From: Carpediemonas membranifera BICM
Lineage: Eukaryota > Protista > Fornicata
Assembly (NCBI GenBank): GCA_019828565.1
Contig: JAHDYR010000063.1
Coordinates: 1-8,926 of the forward strand
Reading direction: 5' to 3'
Length of the DNA: 8,926 nucleotides
The notes under the pieces were generated by a model. It made no database searches, was not told the DNA's origin, and saw only the letters and a program-made list of their open reading frames with translations. This document shows, one piece after another, positions 1 through 7,630 of the stretch (positions within the stretch are counted from its first letter, which is position 1; every line of letters starts with the position of its first letter). A program made the translations under genes and the position numbers.

Positions 1-2
1 CT

Positions 3-1232
3 TGCACTGTGCACTCTATGATACTTCACGGAGTTACATCTCGCCCCAGCCCTGTATATATAGCCCTGTATAGCCTCTAAAGCGCAGTATTTATAGGCTG
101 AACGGCAGATAGAGACGTTGATCTCATGAGCCAGCAGAGGCGAGGGGAGCGTTGATGTGCTCCTGAGACCGCAGTATTGAGTGTCTTTATGAGAAATGAG
201 GTGGCTCCCATTCTGGTTAGCCGGCCATTCGACCACGAATTTCCGGTCTATACCCGCCATAGATAAATCCATAGCGTTAGTGAAGCCTTGAGGTTGCTTG
301 CTTGCTGTTAATGTCAGTTGCTGCTGGCCACGCTCCATGGCCCAATGGTCCAGGTCGACACCGCCACCCGTCAGTGGCGTGTCTACATGAGGTCCGGCTG
401 AGACAGTGTCCACCGCCTGGCCTTGCATGGCTGACTCGGACATGGTGACAGAGTCCGCCTCCCGGATGCTCGGGATGACGAGTTTGATGAAACTAGCCGG
501 TCGACCCCTGTTGCCGGGGTCGTGCGCCCCACCCGTGTCGACGGACGGCCGGAGCTCAAGGTGCCCCGCATTGCGACGAGTGCTCCTCTGCCCTGTCTTG
601 AGGAAGATGGCGAGTCTCGTGTGCAGTGTGTCGATGACGTACTTCTGCTTAACGCTCTTGGTCGGGTCGCTGTTGAAGAACAGACCGAGCCCGTCCTTGC
701 CGGCGAGAGTCAGCGCCTGTGCCGCCACAGCACACGACACCCACAGCCGCATCCCAGTCCGCTTATCTGTGGACCTACGTGCGGCCGACGCCATCATAGC
801 GTCCTGCTCGACCTCGCTGTACCTAGTGAGGATGCGAGTGACCAACTCGGGCGGGGCTGTGGGGCAGCGGGGGAGGGGGACGGGGTTGGGTGCGTCGACC
901 GTGGAGAATACAGTGAGAAGGTGCGCTATCCTCGCTTGGAACTGGCAGTCGGCGGCGATGAAGGGAGTCTTGTGAAGCAGACGGAGTGTGTCCAGGAGAG
1001 AGGAAAGCTCCGTGGTGGCCATGTACGCATACGAGAGGGCAGCTGCGAGGATCTTCTCCCATTTGGTGCCGTTCGGGACGAGGGGAACATCCCCTTGCAA
1101 TGCGTCGAAGCACAAAGCGAACGCAGCCTCCAGAGAATGATTCTTGTCCTTTCGAGAAGTCATATTAGCACCTGCCCGCGTTTGTTTTCTGTTGCCTTGT
1201 GTAACGAAAACACGTCGTGGCGGTTGTGGCAT
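3..1232 (-). CDS. Hypothetical protein, 3'-partial (>=410 aa, runs off the left edge; alternative start ATG at 1163)
   Basis: Manual translation shows a minus-strand frame with no stop from ATG 1232 to base 3 (MPQPPRRVFV...MTSRKDKNHSLEAAFALCFDALQGDVPLVPNGTKWEKILAAALSYAYMATTELSSLLDTLRLLHKTPFIAADCQFQARIAHLL...). GC3 bias is strong over ~330-1100. The + strand ORFs 406..975 and 522..1262 have typical antisense-shadow composition. It is absent from the track because no stop lies in the window. No recognisable domain. Confidence 0.8.
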   Translation of the reverse strand, partial: MPQPPRRVFVTQGNRKQTRAGANMTSRKDKNHSLEAAFALCFDALQGDVPLVPNGTKWEKILAAALSYAYMATTELSSLLDTLRLLHKTPFIAADCQFQARIAHLLTVFSTVDAPNPVPLPRCPTAPPELVTRILTRYSEVEQDAMMASAARRSTDKRTGMRLWVSCAVAAQALTLAGKDGLGLFFNSDPTKSVKQKYVIDTLHTRLAIFLKTGQRSTRRNAGHLELRPSVDTGGAHDPGNRGRPASFIKLVIPSIREADSVTMSESAMQGQAVDTVSAGPHVDTPLTGGGVDLDHWAMERGQQQLTLTASKQPQGFTNAMDLSMAGIDRKFVVEWPANQNGSHLISHKDTQYCGLRSTSTLPSPLLAHEINVSICRSAYKYCALEAIQGYIYRAGARCNSVKYHRVHSA

Positions 1233-1543
1233 CGTTACGGTTGTGCTGGTGTGGATTTGTAATGAAAGGAAGATTTCGACACATCTCGACACACAAATCG
1301 CCAACACAGCGGATCTGTATATCCATGCTAACGGCGTTGCAGTGGTGTCCTTTGTTCGGATTGGAGGATTCAAGGTCGTCTGTGTTCAAATTGGGTCGAC
1401 AGACTAAGCGGGGCAGCCGCGGGCCAGACCTGTGATGAAGCATACTCCGCTCGACAATTGCTGCACAATGGATATCGGATTACTCACATTGTCTCAGATC
1501 GATGCCAATCAAAAAATTGATTTGATCGGTCACCTTGACACGA

Positions 1544-2683
1544 ATGGCGGAACTGTGGCAACAACTGGACGATGTCCTTGTAGATCCAATAACATATGCT
1601 ACCATGTATGATCCTGTTCTCACACCCAGCGGTATCTCATACGAACGTGAATCCATTGTGAAATGGCTTGAAAGTGGTCATGCAGACTGCCCCATCACGA
1701 GAACACCTCTTTCTGAAAGCCAGCTGGTATCAAATATTGCATTGAAGAAAGTTTGTGCCATCTTGAAAGATTTCAAAGCGAAATCGAGTGGCGCGCACGA
1801 CCACGACTCGAAACTTGCAGCCCCGGGAGAGTTGAGGCGCGTCATGGACGACCTGATAGATGCTAAGCTTGCGGTGCAGGCACTTAAAGAGAAGCAGCAG
1901 GAGCTCGAGGACGAGCTCACTTCATTTTCCGAGAGCAAGCTCGCCCTCGCCGACCAGCTCACTCAGTCAGACTCAAACCTGCGGGCAATGAAGATCCAGA
2001 GGGAACTGGAGAACTTAGGGGCTCTTGAGACACAGCGGTGGATAGTATTGAAGGAGCTAGAGAGCGACACGGCCGTGTTGGAGAAGAGCAGGGACGCCGC
2101 GGCCGCCCAGTTTGACCAGGCCATGGCGAAGGTGAACTGTCTGCTCGAGGCAAGGAACAGCCTGCCCCTCATGAGTGCAGATGAGAAGGACATGAGGGTC
2201 AAGCGGGCGTCGAGTCGCGTGCTCAAGGATAGGGGCAACGCGGCCATGAGGCGGGGTGATGTCCAATGTGCTGAACGATGCTACAGGGACGCCATAGCCA
2301 CGTTCCAGCCCTATGGGGAGCCTGTATACTATACAAACCTGGCGATAGCCCAGATGCAGCTGGGTCAGTTCGTTGATGCAATCAAATCAGCCAAGGAAGC
2401 ACTGAAAATCAATACAAACTGGATCAAAGCATACCGTATTATCGGCTCGGCATATGTCCGCTTGGGCGACACAGCCAAGGCCTTGGCTGAAGGGTATGGC
2501 CCAGCTCTCGAGATCTCACCGCACGACCAGGAGAGCAGCCACTGGTTTGGGATGCTGAACGACAGGCTCACCGAGAACGCACGGCGGCGAGAGCGGCAGG
2601 AGGAGCAGGAGGCGATGGCACACCCTCCTTTTGGGGCGGCCTTCGACAGGTTCTTGCACGAGTCTTTGGGTCTTGGCGTGTGA
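1544..2683 (+). CDS. U-box + coiled-coil + TPR protein; CHIP/STUB1-like E3 ubiquitin ligase/co-chaperone with inverted domain order (379 aa from ATG 1544)
   Basis: N-terminal U-box (DPITYATMYDPVLTPSGISYERESIVKWL...CPITRTPLSESQLVSNIALK, ~1565-1774), central heptad-rich helix, and three C-terminal TPRs (LKDRGNAAM / VYYTNLAIAQMQLG / WIKAYRIIGSAY, ~2210-2524). The first ATG is at 1544; the track starts at TTG 1535. Confidence 0.9.
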   Translation: MAELWQQLDDVLVDPITYATMYDPVLTPSGISYERESIVKWLESGHADCPITRTPLSESQLVSNIALKKVCAILKDFKAKSSGAHDHDSKLAAPGELRRVMDDLIDAKLAVQALKEKQQELEDELTSFSESKLALADQLTQSDSNLRAMKIQRELENLGALETQRWIVLKELESDTAVLEKSRDAAAAQFDQAMAKVNCLLEARNSLPLMSADEKDMRVKRASSRVLKDRGNAAMRRGDVQCAERCYRDAIATFQPYGEPVYYTNLAIAQMQLGQFVDAIKSAKEALKINTNWIKAYRIIGSAYVRLGDTAKALAEGYGPALEISPHDQESSHWFGMLNDRLTENARRRERQEEQEAMAHPPFGAAFDRFLHESLGLGV

Positions 2684-2808
2684 GGGTCGTTGTCGGAGGC
2701 TGGGGGCTGGGGGCGTCGTTCGGGTAGGAAGGCCAAAGGTGCAACGTCATAAGTACATTTGCCGTAAAGTGCTCTCAATGTGCAGTTTAACGTAATTTAA
2801 GCACAGAC

Positions 2809-4122
2809 CTACACCTTGACCGACAGCAGCGGCACAAGATACTCCTCGGGCACCCCCTGCCTCCGCAGCTCCGCGATCTTCTCATCCCGCACCTTCTGGA
2901 TGGTCGCCCGACGCTCCTCGGTGTCATCAACCTCAGCCGGGACGTTCGCACGGTTGCGGGAGGCGCGTTGGGCGTTGTCCCTGATCTGTGTCTTAAGCAT
3001 TAACTCGAGCTCGGCCTGACGGCGCTTGGCGGCATCGGCCTCCTTCTTCTCGGCGGCCTCGAGCTCAGCGACGCGGCGCCGCATCTCCTCGTACTCCTTG
3101 GCCTCCTCGGCCTTAGCCTGCTGCTTCTTACGGGCGGCCATCTGAAGCTGCTGCTCCCGGGCCGCGGCGAGTCCCTTCTGCTGCCGGCTGCGCTTCTCCT
3201 GCTCCTTGGCCTGCTGCTCACGGGCCTTCCGCTCCTGTTCAAACGCTGCCCTGCGTGCGAGGAGCTCGTCCCGGGCGCTGTGCTTGTCCTTGGCCCGCTC
3301 CTGCTGGGCGCGGAGCCGGGCGGTCTCCTCTTCACGGAGCTTGGCCTGGACCTGGCGCTGCGCCTCGACCTCAGCCTCGCGCTTGTCCTTCTCGGCGTTG
3401 TATGCGGCGATCTTGAGATCCTCCTCCTTCTCGAGGGCAGCGAGCTTCTTCCGGCGCTCAATGGCCTCGGCATTGGCCCTGACGATCTCCTTACGCATCA
3501 GGGCCACCTCCTGCTGGCGGGCAACGGCCATGCGGCTGTCCTCCTCCTCGAGCTCCTTGATGTGGGAGATCAGGGCGGCGGCCTCCTGCTCGGAGCGCTC
3601 CTTGGCCAGCATGCGTTGGTACTCGCGGTCCTGGATCTGCTCCTTGATGATCGCCGCGGCGTACTCCTCGCCCTCCTTGCGCTTGGCCTCCTTGATGGCC
3701 TCCTGGCGGTAGGAGTCGGCCGTTGCCTTCTTGGTCAGCTCGACGTACTTGGCGTCTTCCTCGCGCTCCATGCGGCGGCGCTGGGCCTTCTGCTTCTTCT
3801 GGGCGTCACGGATGGCCATGATCTTGGCAAGGTTGGCGAGCTCGTTCAGGTGCTTCACCTCGTCGATCTGTTCTTCGCGCTGGCGTTGGGCCTTGGCCAG
3901 AAGGTGCTTGGCCTTGTTCGCGGCATCAACCTCAATCTGAGTGGGCTTGCGGATCTTCTCGCGCTTGGCATCCGCGTCTAGAATCCGCTGCTTCCTGGTC
4001 TGAGCGTTAACACGGGCCGTCTCCTCTTTCTTTGCCCGGGTTTCCGCCTCCTTCTGCACAGAATCGCCCTTGGCATAGGCCAGAATCCTTTGATAGTCAT
4101 TTCCGCTAAGAACAGTGCTCAT
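2809..4122 (-). CDS. CFAP45: Cilia- and flagella-associated protein 45 (CFAP45/CCDC19/FAP45; trichohyalin-plectin-homology coiled-coil microtubule inner protein), ~437 aa
   Basis: Long E/K/R/A-rich helical protein with CFAP45 signature segments EEQIDEVKHLNELANLAKIMAIRDAQ, ETARLRAQQERAKDKHSARDELLARR and C-terminal KIAELRRQGVPEEY. First in-frame ATG is at 4122; stop TAG at 2809-2811. Confidence 0.88.
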   Translation of the reverse strand: MSTVLSGNDYQRILAYAKGDSVQKEAETRAKKEETARVNAQTRKQRILDADAKREKIRKPTQIEVDAANKAKHLLAKAQRQREEQIDEVKHLNELANLAKIMAIRDAQKKQKAQRRRMEREEDAKYVELTKKATADSYRQEAIKEAKRKEGEEYAAAIIKEQIQDREYQRMLAKERSEQEAAALISHIKELEEEDSRMAVARQQEVALMRKEIVRANAEAIERRKKLAALEKEEDLKIAAYNAEKDKREAEVEAQRQVQAKLREEETARLRAQQERAKDKHSARDELLARRAAFEQERKAREQQAKEQEKRSRQQKGLAAAREQQLQMAARKKQQAKAEEAKEYEEMRRRVAELEAAEKKEADAAKRRQAELELMLKTQIRDNAQRASRNRANVPAEVDDTEERRATIQKVRDEKIAELRRQGVPEEYLVPLLSVKV

Positions 4123-4227
4123 GATGTTTCTGAGAATTCTTTCTTTCGGGGATGTTAGTTGCTTGAAATTCGACTCAGCTTGAGTCAAAACGGCTAAGAT
4201 CGGGCTGACTGGAGGCAGCGTGGCGAT

Positions 4228-4575
4228 TCATGGCACGTGTCTGCATGCTGTCGCCGTTTTGAGTTCAGACGCAAGCTGCATGAAAAAAAGCTCTTCGATC
4301 TTTTTTCCTGGAAAAAATGGTCAGTTGGATAACGATCGAAAGGAACAACAGCCGCTCCGACTTTTACTGAGTGTCTCCGCCTCTCGGTCATTTGTCTCGT
4401 TAAGAGCAGTGTCCAACCAATTTTTCGGCGAAATGCCCTTGCTAACAACATCAATTAACCCAGCAGCCCTTTTCTGAAGCCCAGAGACGACATTAGGCCT
4501 TTCTTCTTGGCAAATCGTAAATATATCGAGCAATCCACGTTCTCTTTCATTCCGCCTCGTCTTGAGCAAGGCCAT
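4228..4575 (-). CDS. Putative small two-exon gene (exons 4575-4368 and 4307-4228, 60-nt intron 4367-4308), 95-aa hypothetical protein
   Basis: ATG at 4575 opens MALLKTRRNERERGLLDIF.... A GTAAAA...ACTGAC-CATTTTTTCC-AG segment (donor, branch point, pyrimidine tract, acceptor) removes the in-frame TGA and yields ...DREAETLRKKIEELFFMQLASELKTATACRHVP*. No homology recognised. Confidence 0.35.
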
Positions 4576-4653
4576 AGACTACTTTCTTGAGCCCCGGATC
4601 AACCAGTTACGATTTCTCCTCCCAGGCAAAATACTGGCTGGCTGACCAAGTAA

Positions 4654-4678
4654 GCTAAGCTCACCTGCTAAGCTCACC
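4654..4678. repeat. Tandem duplication of GCTAAGCTCACC (4654-4665 and 4667-4678) in the divergent intergenic region
   Basis: Seen directly: gctaagctcacc-t-gctaagctcacc. Confidence 0.6.
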
Positions 4679-4712
4679 ACGATGAACACCTATATTGCCT
4701 TCAAAAGAGCCC

Positions 4713-5687
4713 ATGGCAGCATTCCGCAGTTTTCGAGCCAATTCGCGACGAATGAAGTTGGCAGCTGTTGACGAGGAGACAGCAATCTTCACTCATCGTA
4801 ACATCCTCTACATAGCTAAATGTGTGGAAGGTGGGACAGTAGAGCCTCTCTTCACGCCTCCTGCAGAAGATAAGGTTGAGAAGGATGTCTGCTCAGCTCT
4901 CTCGGTCAGTTCGGACAGAAAGAAGATTGTATTCTCCTTCAGCACCACGAAGCAGAACTACATCCTCGATTACGATGCCTCCAGCAAGTCTGTCACAGTT
5001 TCGGAGCGCTTCAAGACCTCCAAGCGTATTCTCGGTCACCAGTTCCGTGACGGCAAGCTCTTCTACTGCGACGGGTGGGGCGAAGTCGTCGAGCACGGTG
5101 GAAGCCCGGTCCTTGGCCATGTATCTCTGGTGAACGGCTTCTTCTTCAGTTCCGACGGCGACCATATCGTCTCCTTCGACCGGGACGAGAAAGTCCGCAT
5201 CTCCAACTTCCCCGTCGCCTCGGATATCCGTGCGTACGGCCTAGGCCACACCGAGTTCGTCTCTGCGGCTGTCGAGGTCTCCGGCCACATCCTCTCGGGG
5301 TCGGGCGACGGCCACCTCCGGCTCTGGTCCATGGACGGCGATTGTGCCGCCGCGTACGACGTGGGCCTGCCCGTCCTCGCTATCGAGGGTGGGGCGGCCG
5401 GCTTCCTCGTCGTGATGGACCGTGAGTCTGGCGATGCCGAGGTGCGACCCTATGAAGTCAACGACAACACCATCACAGTCGGCGAGACCGTCGCTAAGGG
5501 GTTCGATATCGCTCGCTGCGGGGAGACTAGCTTTGTCCTCAGCGAGGAGGCTGTTGGCGTCATCGGCGGCGCGTCTGTTGCTCTTGGGGAGCAGTTTGGC
5601 GTCGATCTCAGCCTGAAGGAAGCTGTTGCAGCCCAATGGAAGCATGCTTCGTTCCCAGCGAAACGGGCCCGTATGGAGGATGAGTAG
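4713..5687 (+). CDS. WDR4: tRNA (guanine-N7)-methyltransferase non-catalytic WD40 subunit (WDR4/TRM82); start at ATG 4713 or 4752
   Basis: Diagnostic WDR4/Trm82 motifs LGHVSLV...SFDRDEKVRISNFP...AYGLGHTEFVS and ILSGSGDGHLRLW. Stop TAG at 5685-5687. Confidence 0.9.
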   Translation: MAAFRSFRANSRRMKLAAVDEETAIFTHRNILYIAKCVEGGTVEPLFTPPAEDKVEKDVCSALSVSSDRKKIVFSFSTTKQNYILDYDASSKSVTVSERFKTSKRILGHQFRDGKLFYCDGWGEVVEHGGSPVLGHVSLVNGFFFSSDGDHIVSFDRDEKVRISNFPVASDIRAYGLGHTEFVSAAVEVSGHILSGSGDGHLRLWSMDGDCAAAYDVGLPVLAIEGGAAGFLVVMDRESGDAEVRPYEVNDNTITVGETVAKGFDIARCGETSFVLSEEAVGVIGGASVALGEQFGVDLSLKEAVAAQWKHASFPAKRARMEDE

Positions 5688-5765
5688 ACACTATAAAATT
5701 ATCGGAACGGCGGCAGGTTAAGGTCAGTCGACGCGCCGGAAGACTGCCAGCACTGGAACTGGCCG

Positions 5766-6878
5766 ATGAGCAATAGTGATGATGATTTAGCGCTGCTCAA
5801 TCTTAGAGAAAGTGTCCAACTACTGCAGCATGCATACAAAATTCGAATTGAGGGCAACGATGAAGAATCCGCTGCTCTTTTGCTCGCACAAGCTCAGCAA
5901 CGAATAATGGACGCAACTGTCTTTGAAAATGACAAGGGGATAACATCACATCTTATGCAGCTAAGTTCACTGCTTGAATCTGCGGTCATTTCTTCCAGAG
6001 ACGCTGCGCTTCCGCCCGCACCCCCAAAGCAGCTCGAAGGCCCCTCTCCGCCCAAACCCTCCGACCCGTCCATCAAGTCATCCTTCACAATCACACCAGT
6101 CGACCCCAAAGTTCAGTGGGACCACCTGGTCGGCCTCGAGGCCCTGAAGGCGAGGATCCTCGAGCACTTCATTCTCCCGGCCCGACACCCGGACCTGTTC
6201 ACTGGCCCACTGCGTCAGGGCGCCAGGTCGGCGCTGCTGTATGGCCCACCGGGCACCGGGAAGACTTCACTCGTGCATGCCGTCGCCTCCGAAGCCGGCC
6301 GGACCGTCATTCCCGTGTCCGCGGGCACCATCCTCTCGCGGTGGTCGGGTGAGGCCGAGCAGCGTGTCGATGCCATTTTCTCCCAGGCCACGGACGAGTC
6401 CATCATCTTCCTGGACGAGCTCGACGGTCTTGGGCAGACCAGAGGCACCGATGATCCGGGCTCGCGACGTCTGCTCAGCCAGCTGCTGATGAGGATACCG
6501 GAGGTGCCTGAAGGCGTGTGGGTGTGGGGCGCGACCAATCGGATCGAGGATATAGACCCTGCCTTGATACGGAGATTTGACTTGACCGTTGAAGTCGGCC
6601 TCCCAGACGCGACACAGGTGGCCAGTCTGATGAGGAATTTATTAGCTGATGTGGACACTGATGTGTCAGACGTCACCGTTGTTAAGTGCGCCAACAGAAT
6701 GAGCGCAGCTGGGGCAAACGTCAGCGATGTCAAGCGGGTCTGCCGGGAGGCGGCCCTAAGGCCAGTACGAGCCATCCTACACGAGCTCAAGACAGAGGCC
6801 GTCGCCGAAGTACTGCCGGTCATGGACAGTCATGTCGAGGAGGCAGTGGACGAGTGGGCGGCGGGGCGAGAGACGTAA
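5766..6878 (+). CDS. Meiotic-clade AAA ATPase (VPS4/spastin/katanin/fidgetin-like) with N-terminal MIT-like helical domain
   Basis: VQWDHLVGLEALK..ILPARHPDLFTG, Walker A GPPGTGKT, pore loop SRWSGE, Walker B IIFLDELD, second region of homology ATNRIEDIDPALIRRF, and VCREAALRPVR. N-terminal MIT-like helices and a Pro-rich linker are present. Confidence 0.9.
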   Translation: MSNSDDDLALLNLRESVQLLQHAYKIRIEGNDEESAALLLAQAQQRIMDATVFENDKGITSHLMQLSSLLESAVISSRDAALPPAPPKQLEGPSPPKPSDPSIKSSFTITPVDPKVQWDHLVGLEALKARILEHFILPARHPDLFTGPLRQGARSALLYGPPGTGKTSLVHAVASEAGRTVIPVSAGTILSRWSGEAEQRVDAIFSQATDESIIFLDELDGLGQTRGTDDPGSRRLLSQLLMRIPEVPEGVWVWGATNRIEDIDPALIRRFDLTVEVGLPDATQVASLMRNLLADVDTDVSDVTVVKCANRMSAAGANVSDVKRVCREAALRPVRAILHELKTEAVAEVLPVMDSHVEEAVDEWAAGRET

Positions 6879-7069
6879 ACGGTTTTACGCAAATGCCAAG
6901 CAGCCAGGTCCGAGGAATGGAGCTATGAATGTGCTCAAAGAGGACAGGCATCTGTCACCTTGGGTGACACCAAGGTTGAGTGATTATTGCACGAAAGTAA
7001 TTATGTTTGCCTAGATTGCTACCGTCAAATCCTGATCGTTGTCAACTAAGTGTTGTGGCTACTTACATC

Positions 7070-7630
7070 ATGGAGCGGGTTTGCTTCATGTGCAGGGTAA
7101 GGTCAACACCCAAAGTTGTTGCAGGAGGCGACGGCGGCAGGACCTCTGCTGTAGTGTGTTCGTACGATCGACTGAACCGAATCCAGCGCAACTGGGGACC
7201 AGTGCAGGTCGACGCGACCGCCGCTCCCACTCGCCGCCTGGCCCTCCCAGGATTCGCTCAGCACGGATGGACTCTCGCAGAACACGGCCTGTCTCGGGAC
7301 TGGACGGGGATGAGAGTCTTCGCAGCTCCTCCAGTAGCGATGATTCCAGCGACATATCTGCATATTCGGACGATTCGGTCGCCGACCCAGACTGGATCCC
7401 CTCAGACGTGGAGGTCAGCTGCGATAATAGTGACTCCGGACATCCCGTCACCAGAACTCCGCCGCTTGCTAGCCCTCTCATCAGTTCCCAAGATGTACTT
7501 CAGAGTGAACCAAGATCTTCTGTCGGACTCCGAGCTGTCGCGGCTGGCCGAGAGGGGCAGGATAAGGCTCATCGCGATGATCATCAGGACTTCGAGTTCC
7601 TCCTCCACCACGACAGGCTCTCACATCTGA
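7070..7630 (+). pseudogene. DIRS-type DNA N6-adenine methyltransferase (Dam-like) domain, degenerate catalytic motif
   Basis: RIQRNWGPVQVDATA matches WGPxxxDLFA. HGLSRDWTGMRVFAAPPVAMIP matches DAFxxDWxG...xPPxxxIP. AAIIVTPD matches AxLxxPxW, and the C-terminal RLIAMII matches LxAWxI. Motif IV reads APPV (7325-7336). Confidence 0.7.

Noticed and set aside
48-72. Direct repeat AGCCCTGTATA (48-58 and 62-72)
   Set aside because: Short and only two copies; consistent with local slippage. No element structure is visible.
406-1262. + strand ORFs 406..975 and 522..1262
   Set aside because: Antisense shadows of the longer minus-strand ORF (3..1232); their composition matches the reverse registers of a GC3-rich gene.
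1507-1522. AATCAA-AAAA-TTGATT inverted repeat upstream of the U-box gene
   Set aside because: A 6-bp AT-rich stem is expected by chance in promoter DNA.
2816-3981. Several long ORFs overlapping CFAP45 (e.g. Leu-rich 3280..3981, 3000..3473, 3206..3712)
   Set aside because: Expected shadows of a GC-rich E/K/Q/R/A coiled-coil gene; no independent motifs.
4188-4575. TGA reassignment or readthrough joining the upstream ORF to CFAP45
   Set aside because: Trp is encoded by TGG in the conserved genes, TGA appears to terminate the U-box/TPR gene, and no conserved gene here has an internal TGA. Splicing or chance explains the pattern better.
4876-6928. Alternative-frame and antisense ORFs within WDR4 and the AAA gene (e.g. 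6215..6823, 5241..5645)
   Set aside because: By-products of high GC3 in well-supported genes.
7062-7101. Imperfect hairpin (CATGGAGC/GCTTCATG with outer CTTAC/GTAAG) near the left edge of the DIRS relic
   Set aside because: Too short to call a terminal repeat or ncRNA, and no partner copy was found in the window.
4713-7630. Functional link between WDR4 (tRNA m7G methyltransferase subunit) and the nearby Dam-like MT, or a prokaryotic restriction-modification/defence operon
   Set aside because: The genes are eukaryotic housekeeping genes with unrelated roles, the MT is of retrotransposon type, and there is no nuclease, operon structure, CRISPR array or tRNA/rRNA visible.
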